Assembly (NCBI RefSeq): GCF_035084215.1
Contig: NC_090357.1
Span: 8,742,001 to 8,806,000, forward strand
Origin: Heptranchias perlo
Lineage: Eukaryota
Direction: 5' to 3'
Length of the DNA stretch: 64,000 nt
Positions within the stretch are counted from its first letter, which is position 1, and every line of letters begins with the position of its first letter. Position numbers and translations under genes: made by a program. Below the pieces are notes generated by a model that had not been told where the DNA came from, searched no databases, and worked only from the letters and a program-made list of their open reading frames with translations. Shown piece by piece: positions 11,798 to 22,804 of this stretch.

Positions 11798-12294
11798 GAG
11801 ACACACGACAACGCAAAATCGTCGAGCAGAAATTGATAGCCAAGTTCCGCACCCATGAGGACGGCCTCAACCGGGATCTTGGGTTCATGTCACGCTACAC
11901 GTTACCCCACCAGCGAACAAATGTTATCTGTTTTTAATATAACGGGTCAGTTGCTGTCTTTTCTATGTTTCTACCTCTCTTTCTCTGTTTTTTTTTGTTT
12001 GTTGTTTTTTTTGGTGATTTGTATATTCTGAGACCTGGCAGGTAACACCTGTCTGTCTGCACACTGATTGCCTTGGCAACGGGCAGTTGAAAAAACTGTC
12101 TGTACTCACCAAGCATTGTTCTGTGAATTATAAATGCGATTTCATTTCGAGGATTTCATTTTCACATCGTTCACCTGACGAAGGAGGAAGCCTCCGAAAG
12201 CTTGTGAATTTAAAATAAAATTGCTGGACTATAACTTGGTGTTGTAAAATTGTTTACAATTGTCAACCCCAGTCCATCACCGGCATCTCCACAT
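11798..12294 (+). mobile_element. Penelope-like element 3' fragment
   Basis: Near-identical inverted copy of the element at 9877-10434; no TSD visible. Confidence 0.9.
12170..12208 (+). ncRNA. Minimal hammerhead ribozyme (PLE)
   Basis: TTCAC CTGACGA A GGAGG AAG CCTCC GAAA GCTT GTGAA. Confidence 0.8.
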
Positions 12295-13132
12295 TATTAC
12301 AACATCAACTTGCATTCTCACAGTGCCCCTCGCGAGCAGGAAGACATGTCAAAGCGTTTTACATTGAGGAGGGGGGAAAACAAAGCAAAATACGAGCAGG
12401 ACATAAAAAAGGAAAAATGTAGAGGATTAGGGTGGGGAGTGCGAAAAAAGGGTCCAAGTGGAAAGTTTTGAGAAGGCTTTTGAAAGCAGAGGGAACTGGA
12501 CAGGGAGGTCCAGAGGACAGGAACATACTGGCTGATCAAGAGGCTACCAGGGGTGCAGCAGGTGTGGCGGGAGATAAGAACTAAACAAGAATTAAAGGAG
12601 TATAGGTTACGTGCAGGGATATAAGGACGAGATCACTGAGATAGAGTAGGGCAAGACCGTGGATGGATTTGAAAGCAAGGATGAAAATTTTGAAGTCAAT
12701 AGGTTAGAGCATAGGTAATCAGCCGAGCTTGGAGAGATGTGGGCAATGGGAGTGTGGGACTTACCCACTTTCTTGGTCACTGACATTTGATACGGGGAAA
12801 CCATGGGAAGACAATAATTTGGAAATAGGGATAAACAGGAGTCAGCCTTGGCTCCACGGTAGCACTCTTGCCTCTGAGTGGGAAGGTTATGCATTCAAGC
12901 TCCACTCGAGATTGATGCTGCAGTAGAATACTGAGGGAGTGCTGTACTGTGGGAGGTGCCGTCTTTCAGATGAGACATTAAACCATGGTCCTGCCTGCCA
13001 TCTCAGGCAGATACAAAAGATTCTGTAACACTATTTGAAGAGATGATGTGGAGATGCCGGTGATGGACTGGGGTTGACAAATGTAAAGAATCTTACAACA
13101 CCAGGTTATAGTCCAACTGTTTTATTTGAAAA

Positions 13133-13169
13133 TCACAAGCTTTCGGAGGCTTTCTCCTTCGTCAGGTGA
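13133..13169 (-). ncRNA. Minimal hammerhead ribozyme (PLE)
   Basis: UCAC-CUGACGA-A-GGAG-AAAGC-CUCC-GAAA-GCUU-GUGA. Confidence 0.8.
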
Positions 13170-13427
13170 GCGAGTGTGGGATTCCATGGAAGGTTACCGC
13201 ATTTATATTCAGAGAACAATACCTGGTGATTACAGATAATCTTTCCAACTGCCTGTCAAGGCAATCAAAGTGTTCAGACAGAGTGATGTTACCTACAGGA
13301 CCACCGAATACACAAACGGCCAGAACACAAAACAGAGAGAGAAAGGGAGAGAAACATCCGAAAGGAAGAGAAAGACAGAGAATGACCCGTTGTGTTAAAA
13401 ACAGATAACTTTTTTTCGCTGGTGGGG

Positions 13428-14330
13428 TTACGTGTAGCGTGACATGAACCCAAGATCCCGGTTGAGGCCTTCCTCATGGGTGTGGAACTTGGCTATCAAT
13501 TTCTGTTCGACGATTTTGCGTTGTCGTGTGTCTCGAAGGCTGCCTTGGAGAACGCTTACCCGAAGATCGGTGGCTGAATGTCCTTGACTGCTGAAGTGTT
13601 CCCCGACTGGGAGGGAACCCTCCTGTCTGGCGATTGTTGCGCGGTGTCCGTTCATCCGTTGTCGCAGTGTCTGCATGGTCTCGCCAATGTACCATGCTCC
13701 GGGGCATCCTTTCCTGCAACGTATGAGGTAGACAATGTTGGCCGAGTCACAGGAGTATGAACCATGTACCTGGTGGGTGGTGTCCTCTCGTGTGATGGTG
13801 GTGTCTGTGTCGATGATCTGGCATGTCTTGCAGAGGTTGCCGTGGCAGGGTTGTGTGGTGTCGTGGACGCTGTTCTCCTGAAAGCTGGGTAATTTTCTGC
13901 GAACGATGGTCTGTTTGAGGTTGGGTGGCTGTTTGAAGGCGAGTAGTGGAGGTGTGGGGATGGCCTTAGCGAAGTGTTCGACGTTATCGATGACATGCTG
14001 AAGGCTGCGGAGAACATGGCGTAGTTTCTCCGCTCCGGGGAAGTACTGGACGACGAAGGGTACTCTGTTGGTTGCGTCCCGTGTTAGTCTTCTGAGGAGG
14101 TCTATGCGATTTTTCGCTGTGGCCCGTCGGAACTATCGATCGACGAGTCGAGCGTCATATCCCGTTCTTACGAGGGCGTCTTTCAGCGTCTGTAGGTGTC
14201 CATCGCGTTCCTCCTCGTCTGAGCAGATCCTGTGTATTCGCAGGGCCTGTCCATAGGGGATGGCCTCTTTGACGTGGTTAGGGTGGGAGCTGGAAAAGTG
14301 GAGCATCGTGAGGTTGTCCGTGGGCTTGCG
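13428..14330 (-). pseudogene. Truncated PLE polyprotein: RT C-terminal region, Cys linker, GIY-YIG endonuclease
   Basis: KPTDNLTMLHFSS...IPYGQALRIHRICS...PCHGNLCKTCQI...SCDSANIVYLIRC...YIGETMQTLRQRMNGHR...VGEHFS...GLNRD. The Cys linker is characteristic of Neptune-type PLEs. Confidence 0.88.
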
Positions 14331-15246
14331 TACACCAACTGCCCGTTGTCAAGGCAATCAAAGTGTTCAGACAGAGTGATGTTACCTACAGGACCACCGA
14401 ATACACAAACGGCCAGAACACAAAACAGAGAGAGAGAGGGAGAGAAACATCCGAAAGGAAGAGAAAGACAGAGAATGACCCGTTGTGTTAAAAACAGATA
14501 ACTTTTTTTCGCTGGTGGGGTTACGTGTAGCGTGACATGAACCCAAGATCCCGGTTGAGGCCGTCCTCATGGGTGTGGAACTTGGCTATCAATTTTTGTT
14601 CAACGATTTTGCGTTGTCGTGTGTCTCGAAGGCCGCCTTGGAGAACGTACCACCCGCCAGGTACATGGTTCATACTCCTGTGACTCGGCCAACGTTGCAG
14701 GAAAGGATGCCCCGGAGCATGGTACATTGGCGAGACCATGCAGACACTGCGACAACGGATGAACGGACACCGCGCAACAATCGTCAGACAGGAGGGTTCC
14801 CTCCCAGTCGGGGAACACTTCAGCAATCAAGGACATTCAGCCACCGATCTTCGGGTAAGCGTTCTCCAAGGCGGCCTTCGAGACACATGACAACACAAAA
14901 TCGTGGAACAGAAATTGATAGCCAAGTTCCGCACCCATGAGGACGGCCTCAACCGGGATCTTAGGTTCATGTCACGCTACACATAACCCCACCAGCGAAA
15001 AAAAGTTATCTGTTTTTAACACAACGGGTCATTCTCTGTCTTTCTCTTCCTTTCGGATGTTTCTCTCCCTCTCTCTCTCTGTTTTGTGTTCTGGCCGTTT
15101 GTGTATTCGGTGGTCCTGTAGGTACATCACTCTGTCTGAACACTTTGATTGCCTTGACAACAGGCAGTTGGAAAGATTATCTGTAATCACTAAGTATTGT
15201 TCTCTGACTATAAATGCGGTAACCTTCCATGGAATCCCACACTCGC

Positions 15247-15283
15247 TCACCTGACGAAGGAGAAAGCCTCCGAAAGCTTGTGA
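15247..15283 (+). ncRNA. Minimal hammerhead ribozyme (PLE)
   Basis: Same motif as 13133-13169, in the inverted pLTR. Confidence 0.8.
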
Positions 15284-15854
15284 TTTTCAAATAAAACAGT
15301 TGGACTATAACCTGGTGTTGTAAGATTCCTTATATTTGAAGAGAAACAGAGCGTCCTCCTGGTGACCTGGCCAATATTTATTCCTTAAAAAAAACAGATT
15401 AATGGGAATATAGGAAAAGGAGTATGCCATTCAGCCCCTTCAGCCTGTTCTGCCATTCTATTAGATCATGGCAGATCTGGTCACTTATCTCATTGTTGTT
15501 TGTGGGTCCTTTATGTGTGGAAGTTGCCTGCTGTGTTTCCCTAAATTGCAAGTGACTACACTTCAAAAGTACTTAATTGGCTGTGAAGTGCTTTGGGGTG
15601 TTATGAAAGGTACGATATAATTACATGTTCTTTTTCTTTCTAAACATATAATCATTTGATGCGATTGCTAGACTATTCCTGATGGGGCTCGTCTAAGAAT
15701 ATTGAATGAAATCAGAAACTGTGACATTATTCAGGGTATTGCATTTAAATCTTATTATGACAAACATGCTTTTTTTAATCTCTAATTTTCTCCCTTCCTC
15801 TCCTGCAGGAGAAAGCAACCTACTTGATCAACGCCTCTGCCACTGGACTCAGTA

Positions 15855-16100
15855 TCCACACCCTCCTCCACTGTCGGTGGACTCTGGCTGCAGTATGTGC
15901 TGGCTACAGGAAGCACTGCAACAACTCACCAAGTTTACTGTGACAGCACCTCCCAGCCCTGCAGCCTCCACCACCAAGAAGAATAGGAATGCCATCACCT
16001 CCAAGTTCCCCTCCAAATCACACATCGTCCTGACTTGGATATATATTCCTGTTCCTTCATCAAAATAAAAGTTCTGAAATTCCCTACCTAATAACCCTGG
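15855..16100 (+). mobile_element. CR1-group (Zenon-like) LINE 3' fragment
   Basis: Degenerate reverse complement of part of 61750-62245. Confidence 0.55.
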
Positions 16101-16646
16101 GGAAGGGAAGGATTGCTCACTGTACCTGACCACTAGAAGGTGCCGCGACCTGCCCAGGTATGATGTCTCCTTGAATTTTCTCTCCCTCCTCCTGGAAGAA
16201 ATTGTAACAATCATTTGGTGTCTGCCTATTCAACTTTCTTGGATCATAAATCAAACCTGCATCTGCCCCTACTCCACGGAGCTGAGATGCTGCCTTCAAT
16301 CAGCTCTCTTAACCATGCACCTAACGTCAGGTATTTTCACAGCAAGTCAGACAAGACCAACCCATAATTAAAATGCAATGGGGAAGATTCCCATGTGTGC
16401 TAATTATAGTGAGGTTATGAATATTCTTTATTTATAAGTTGTGGTTGCAGTTAGTATTAAGCCTCAGTAATTAAGCACAACCTGTCCTTTTCCAGTATCC
16501 ATGTGTGGACCTCCAGCAGTGATCAATCTCTGAGGAAGGGCAGATGGATAAAAATCAACCAGCTGCTGGAACAGTGCTTCTGTCAAGTGATGTCAGGGTT
16601 GAGCTAAGCGGCAACATCCCCCCCTGCCCCCCGCCATGATTTAGAT

Positions 16647-17100
16647 GTCAACCGTGGCTCAGTGGTAGCACTCTCACTTCTGAGTCAGAAGATCGTGGGA
16701 TCGTCCCACTCCAGGGACTTGAGCACTAGATCTGGGCTGACACTTCAGTACAGTACTGAGAGAGTGCTGCACTGTTAGAGGTGCCGTCTTTCAGATGAGA
16801 AGTTAAAGTGAGGCCCTGTCTGCCCTCTGAGAAGGATGTAAAAGATCCCACGGCACTATTTCGAAAAAGAGCAGGGCATTCTCCCTGGTGTCCTGGCCAA
16901 TATTTGTCCCTCAACCAACATTAAAACAGATTATCTGTTCATTATCTCATTGCTGTTTGTGGGACCTTGCTGTGCACAAATTGGCTGCCATGTTTCCTAC
17001 AGTACAACAGTGACTACACTTCAAAAGTACTTCATTGGCTGTAAAGCACGTTGGGACGTCCTGAGGTTGTGAAAGGTGCTATATAAATGCAAGCACTTTC
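16647..17100 (+). mobile_element. Near full-length DeuSINE-like SINE
   Basis: A-box-like TGGCTCAGTGG, conserved core, L2-type tail. Confidence 0.8.
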
Positions 17101-17995
17101 TATTGACACTGTGAAAATTCACATACCAAAAATAGCCAGGTTTTTTTTCACTCATGGGATGTGGGCGTCACTGGCAAGGCCGGAGGATTGTCACCATCCA
17201 TGGAATTGTACCCACACCACAACTCACTGCCTGCAGAAGGGGAGAGAATCATGAGGAAGATGGGATGAAGAAAACAATATTGTAGACATGGAATAACTTG
17301 TTTTGCTCATTGCTTTGCACTGGTCCAGTTTGGGCTGCTGAGGTCCGACCTCTGCAATGATGTGGTGCTAGGGATCTTTATGACATAACTTATTCTCCTA
17401 GGCAATTGTTTCAGTAATAAGATTCAACTTTTACAATGGAAAACCTCTTTTCCCATCAAACTTCTCAGATAAATTGATAGATGCTGTCATTACAATCCAA
17501 TAGCAGTGTTATGTGGCGGATTGGTCAGCAGGTGTCAGTATCCCATAAACTACCTACCCATTCCTATACAATGAGGATGAGCAGCCAAATTATATTAGCT
17601 GGGAGGAACGGGAGAAAAAGAGAGGAAACTTTTTTAAAAAAAAACACATTACACAGGAAACTAAAATAAGTAAGACACGCTATCTCAATATTATTCCTTT
17701 AGCAAAATTTGTTTAAAAAAGCCTTTGTTGTCAAACTTTAACAAATTGACTGACATGTTCAGGTATTTTATGTCACAACTTCCTACTGAATCTTACCGGG
17801 GCGAAATCACACAGCCAGCCGCACTGGTGATTGCAGTTAAGTCTATTAGAAAACAACCTTTTACACACACACACACACACACATATCTTCTTTCAATCGT
17901 GCAATTATAGAAAAATCTATCATTTGAATACTCTGGAAAAGTTGCTACCATTAATAACAAACTCTTTTTCCAAAAGGGTGTATTTTTTCGGCTGG

Positions 17996-18240
17996 CCATA
18001 AATGGACTAAGATGACGCTCTGGTTAAAACGCGCTAGCTTTGAAATCAACATATGTTTGGAATGTGGGGAATGTGTCAATTTTAATGAACCTGCCTCTTT
18101 CTTATTGTCTCTCTGCGCCTTTCACCAAATAAGGACCCTGCCCCAATACTGGTTGCCCATGTAAGGCGTTGCTTCCCTTTTCTTGATCAACTGACGTCAT
18201 GGTGATAAGGAGATCTTTTTAGGCGGAGTTCCAGCCTAAA
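17996..18240 (+). promoter_or_regulatory. TAGLN: TAGLN smooth-muscle promoter with CArG boxes and a CRE
   Basis: Perfect CArG boxes CCATAAATGG (17996-18005) and CCAAATAAGG (18125-18134), one-mismatch CArG boxes (18143-18152, 18157-18166), and TGACGTCA (18192-18199), in repeat-free sequence just before a GTAAGT donor. Confidence 0.75.
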
Positions 18241-18305
18241 ACTCCACACTTTCTGGTCAGCAGCGGATTCAGCAGCATCTGGCTCGCCTGTGCAGTTGTG
18301 GAAAA
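18240..18305 (+). other. TAGLN: Putative non-coding exon 1 of TAGLN (start approximate)
   Basis: Donor AAA|GTAAGT at 18306. The first coding exon is preceded by an acceptor (26469), so an upstream exon is required, as in mammalian TAGLN. Confidence 0.65.
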
Positions 18306-20503
18306 GTAAGTGAAAAAAAACATTTAACCAACTCGCTCGTTCAATGAAAAAAAAAACCTCTTTATTTCTCAATTGTAATTCATATTTTATCGTTGAATTT
18401 AATTTTACACAACTTATATAAGGAATGGTTTCTTTAATATAAATTTAACTATTGGTTTTTAACAAGTGGGGGGAAAAAAAACGGATCTACTCTTAATCCA
18501 GGTGGGATGAGTGTGAATTGCACACTTACAATAAGTAACACCATCAGATTGAATTATGTACTCATGTAATTCGCTTTCCTGGTTACAAATTATAGCGTAA
18601 ATGTATCAATTTAACATTATCCCGCAGCTGGAATTTTTAAACATTTATTGAAGCTTAAGTAGAACTTTTAAGTGGACATTTCTGCAGACGCCGGTCTGTT
18701 AGGTACCTGGTGTGTGTCTAACTCTATTTCTGTGTAACCTGCAATGTCCCGGGTTCTTCGCCGCCCTGTTACTGTGCAACTAGTGTGCGTGTGTGTTTGA
18801 GCTCTTGGGTGTGGCTCACTCTGGATCCAGTGTGGCTTTTGCAAGAATGAAGCATTTTAATTTCGCTTCAGTTTTATTTTCTTTGCTTTTTTTTTTGAAA
18901 CGAACATTTTAAAAAAAAAATGTAAATCTGTAATTCTCGAAAGATCAAGATAGAAACTAGTTATAGACCCGTGTTGTAAATTTGTACCATCACGGGGCGT
19001 TTATGATAATCCAGGAAAACCGTGAATGACTTGGGTAAAGTAATAGCAGAGAGAGAGAGAGAAATAGAGTACAACCCAGAGGAATGAAAGTTTAATTTGG
19101 ATTAAATCCCTTTTCATTCTAGATGCAGTTTATTGACTTATTTGCTCCTCCAGTAATATAGAATCTCCCTTCGATTTCCTTTCCCCTTCTCATGCTCAGT
19201 ATATCGGCCATTGTTTTTGTTTAGACCCGAGCCCTCTGATCTTCACTCTGGGGCGGTCTTATCCCCTGAATTACTGATTAACTCCGAGAGCAGGGAGCCA
19301 TTATGTCAAAAGTACCAACTATTTGCAGTGGGCGGTGTATCAAGTTAAAACACATTTAATCTGGTAAATTCATTATACGAGTGTTTAAGTGAGAATGTAA
19401 AACCAATACATTCATAACACCCAGCTAAGGTTCAGTGACTGTTTCAACCCTCCATAGGATCCGGCTTGTCTGGACCTTAGCCATCTGTATCCTGACTCTC
19501 GCTCACCCATCACTTGTGCCCTCACTGACCTGCATTGGCTCCCTGTCTCCCATGACACATTTTAAGTCCTCTTCCTTATTCAATCTCCTCCAGCCTTGTA
19601 CATCCTCCTCCTCCTCCTCGACCCTCTAATTGACCTTTTGTGCATCCTTTATGCTCTGCTATGCCAGGAGAGTCTTGGGCTCTGTTCTCTGGAACTCCCT
19701 CCTTTAAACTTTTTTTTAAAAAAAACTTCTCAAACCCCACCTTTATGGCCAAGCTGTTGGTCACACTCACATCTCCTAACTCTCCCAGCATCCATTCCTT
19801 TATCTGTTTTATTTTCTCTTCATTTTCTATGTTAAAGGTTCTATGCAAATGAAAGTTGTTGATGGTAAAATTAAACTGACTTGGCTCCAGATTTTTGCTG
19901 AAGTTTGAGAACTTTTATTTCTCAGTGTGGTTGTGAAGTTTGATGAAGTTGACAGGTCAGGTAATACCTTCTAGACTGGTTGACCTCATAAATAAGAGGG
20001 GAAATTGTAGGTTTTACACTGTGACCCTTTTTTTTCTTGTGTTGGCTGCAGAGTTCACAGCAGCTGATAATGCATGAACAGATTTAAAACCTATCAGATG
20101 ATGCTAAAATGTTCATGCTGTGAAATAATCTGATTTTGGCCTGCATACCTTTCTATTCAGCTCTGTCTCTCCCACGGCCATGCATTTCATCCTGAGCATG
20201 CTGGGAGTACCAGCTTGCAACCCACTTCAGTGTGGGATCCAGGTTTTTCTTTGAGACTCTGGTGAGTTGCTGGTCTCTGCCCTGTTGCTAGGGGGAGGTG
20301 CTGAGTAGAGCCCGGACTCTCCCACAGGAGAGGGAGAATAATCACCATGCATATCTGTTGCACCCTCTAGAGGCTGACATCAGCAGCATGGCGGAAGTCT
20401 GAGAGCAAATCATTACACGGCTAAAGCACACGAGTAGAGATTAGTGAATAACAGGGAGGGAACAAATTTGAGAATCATATCCTCAAAACCAACTTTTTGG
20501 TCA

Positions 20504-20618
20504 ATGTAAAGAATCTTACAACACCAGGTTATAGTCCAAAAATTGTTGGACTATAACCTGGTGTTGTAAGATTCTTTACATTTGTCAACCCCAGTCCATC
20601 ACCGGCATCTCCACATCA
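20504..20618. mobile_element. 115-bp fold-back Penelope tail insertion inside an L2-tail repeat
   Basis: About 37-bp inverted arms plus tail; 14-bp TSD CAACTTTTTGGTCA (20490-20503, 20619-20632). Confidence 0.9.
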
Positions 20619-22580
20619 CAACTTTTTGGTCACCTGACCTAATATCTCCTTGTGTGGCCCAGTGCCAAATTTTGTTTGATTGCTCTTGTGAAGTGCTTTT
20701 GGAATGTTTTTTACTACATTAAAGGTGCTATATAAATGCAAGTTGTTGAGAGTAAACTTAATGAGGGGGGGAAAACTTTCTGCTTCCATGGAAACCCAAA
20801 GTAGGTCAGAGTGTCGATCCTCTGCATGCCATGTATGAGTGGAAATTGGATTTGAAAAGCTTTGATCCCACGATACTCAACTGTTAAGGGTTGGTGCTAC
20901 TTGGAACAGATTTAATGGTTGATCAGTTTATTGCTATGGAGTATCAGCATAGAATAAATTGACTTCTGGGCACTGCCAGATAAGAGGTTTTAAACTGTAC
21001 TCTACACAATGCTCTTTGTTATGTTATCAAAATGACTTCATACTAGTCTAACATTTAGCTGTACTGAGGGTCAAGCAGCAAATCTAGAGACACAACAAGC
21101 CTTATCATAAAACTATGATCAAAGTGTGAGGTTGAAGGCCATAATATTTACAATGCTGTTCAACAAATGTTCTAAAATTAAAACACTAATCTAGCATTTT
21201 AGATAGGAAATAAGACTATGCAATACCAGCAAAACAACCCAAGTACACACTTCCCCAATGCCATTCAGATCAGGAAGCTCCAAGGTCAATCCATGGCCTG
21301 CCATGAGGTAACAGATTTCCAACAGGATGAGGGCTGGGATGCTGCAATTGACCTCTGCTTGCCCCCCCCCCCACCAAGCCAGAAACACAGAATCAATTTT
21401 GGATTGTTATCCAGTGACTACTACTGGAAAATTAATGTGAACATATAAAAAGGGTGGAAAGGGCCCATCCAGACATGTTGCAACCCAGCACACTATTTAA
21501 CCACCCCCTAACCATGTCATCTTCTGGAAGAGGCAAAATGCTGGGAAATTCCCAAGGATAATCAAACAAAGCCCCAGCAGATCATGGTAGCCTGTAACTC
21601 CTCACATTCACAACTAACTGGCAACTTACCCTCTATAAATGCAAATGCTGCTTTTCAATCAAGAACTTGTGAAGTTCCCTGTTAAATGACCGTAGCAAAT
21701 CTATACTCACCGCAAGTTCAGGTACTCTGTTCCAGGGGGTGATGACTGTGAAAAGAAATACTTCCTGGCATCTAATGTAACTCTTTGCCTACATATCATG
21801 TGCATGCCTTCCAGTCTTGCCATCCCTAAATATCTCAACTATCCTGAGTCCATTCCCTTCTATCATTTTAAAATCTTCAAGATTGGGCTCAGCTTTGATT
21901 TCCCCCCTCCTTTAGAACTACTTCTTTGATCAAACCTGTTCTAATATCTCCTTATGTGGCCCGGTGCCAAAATTTGTCTGATAACGCTCCTGTGAAGTGC
22001 CTTGGGACATTTTTTACTACGTCCCAAAGGCGCTATATAAGTGCAAGTTGTTGTTTGCTGACGCTCACTATTTAGGCTTCTATATGAAGAATAGTTGTGA
22101 TACCAGTGGGTGCCCTGTGTTTGTGGAACTGTACCCCAGCATGAGGCAGGACCCACTGGAAACTTCTGCTATTTATGCTGCTTATCAGTGGGTTCTGCTG
22201 GCTTCCCACCAGAGAATCCTGGAATAATTTCCAGGCCTTTGTTTGACTGCCTCTTCCATTGGGCAGTCATTTATCAATTAATGTTGGAGGAGGGAGAAGT
22301 GAAGAGCTGGTTACTGTAGTAGGATATATAATTTTATTTTTATATCTTTAAATGTGGTCTTGTGTTAACATTGCCATTGGTGCCCATCGATGAGGGGCAG
22401 CTTTACGATAGAGTACACAAAGCATCAAACCATCCTTTGCCTTTCATACCTTCCTGAAGCACCTAGTACTGGCAGATGAAGGATAATATTTACCTGGGCC
22501 CTAGTTCAGCTACTTGCTCCTAGGCCTGACACAAGTGGTCTTGCAACACCAGGTTATAGTCCAACAGTTTTATTTGAAAA

Positions 22581-22617
22581 TCACAAGCTTTCGGAGGCTT
22601 TCTCCTTCGTCAGGTGA
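22581..22617 (-). ncRNA. Minimal hammerhead ribozyme (PLE)
   Basis: Complete motif on the minus strand. Confidence 0.8.
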
Positions 22618-22618
22618 G

Positions 22619-22655
22619 TCACCTGACGAAGGAGAAAGCCTCCGAAAGCTTGTGA
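22619..22655 (+). ncRNA. Minimal hammerhead ribozyme (PLE), sense to TAGLN pre-mRNA
   Basis: TCAC CTGACGA A GGAG AAAGC CTCC GAAA GCTT GTGA. Confidence 0.8.
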
Positions 22656-22804
22656 TTTTCAAATAAAACTGTTGGACTATAACCTGGTGTTGTAAGATTC
22701 CTTATATTTGTCCACCCCAGTCCATCACTGGCATCTCCACATCCATTACTATACCTCAAGGGAGCATCTCTGGCCAGTTGTCAGGCAAAGTTTATTTTCT
22801 CAAA

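Larger units (their letters stand above)
13044..15332 (-). mobile_element. Penelope-like element (Neptune-type), 5'-truncated, with extra tandem and inverted pLTR segments
   Basis: Minus-strand body 13044-14330, second minus segment ~14335-14647, inverted plus segment ~14648-15332; 12-bp TSD TATTTGAAGAGA (13032-13043, 15333-15344). Confidence 0.92.
12840..15640 (+). mobile_element. DeuSINE-like SINE split by the Penelope insertion and a small CR1 tail fragment
   Basis: SINE head and core at 12840-13043 resume at 15333-15640. Confidence 0.7.
22540..22742. mobile_element. Fold-back Penelope-like insertion with two opposed hammerheads
   Basis: Perfect 74-bp arms (22544-22617, 22619-22692) with a 1-nt spacer, then the PLE tail. 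Confidence 0.9.

Noticed and set aside
1-18000. SIDT2 exons expected from mammalian synteny upstream of TAGLN
   Set aside because: I could not recognise any SIDT2-like translation in this interval.
20358-20373. CTCF-like motif (CCTCTAGAGGGTGC, minus strand)
   Set aside because: A single imperfect match that cannot be supported without binding data.
20504-22742. Hairpins as miRNA genes or MITEs
   Set aside because: The arms are pieces of the Penelope-like pLTR seen at 13044-15332 and carry its asymmetric tail.
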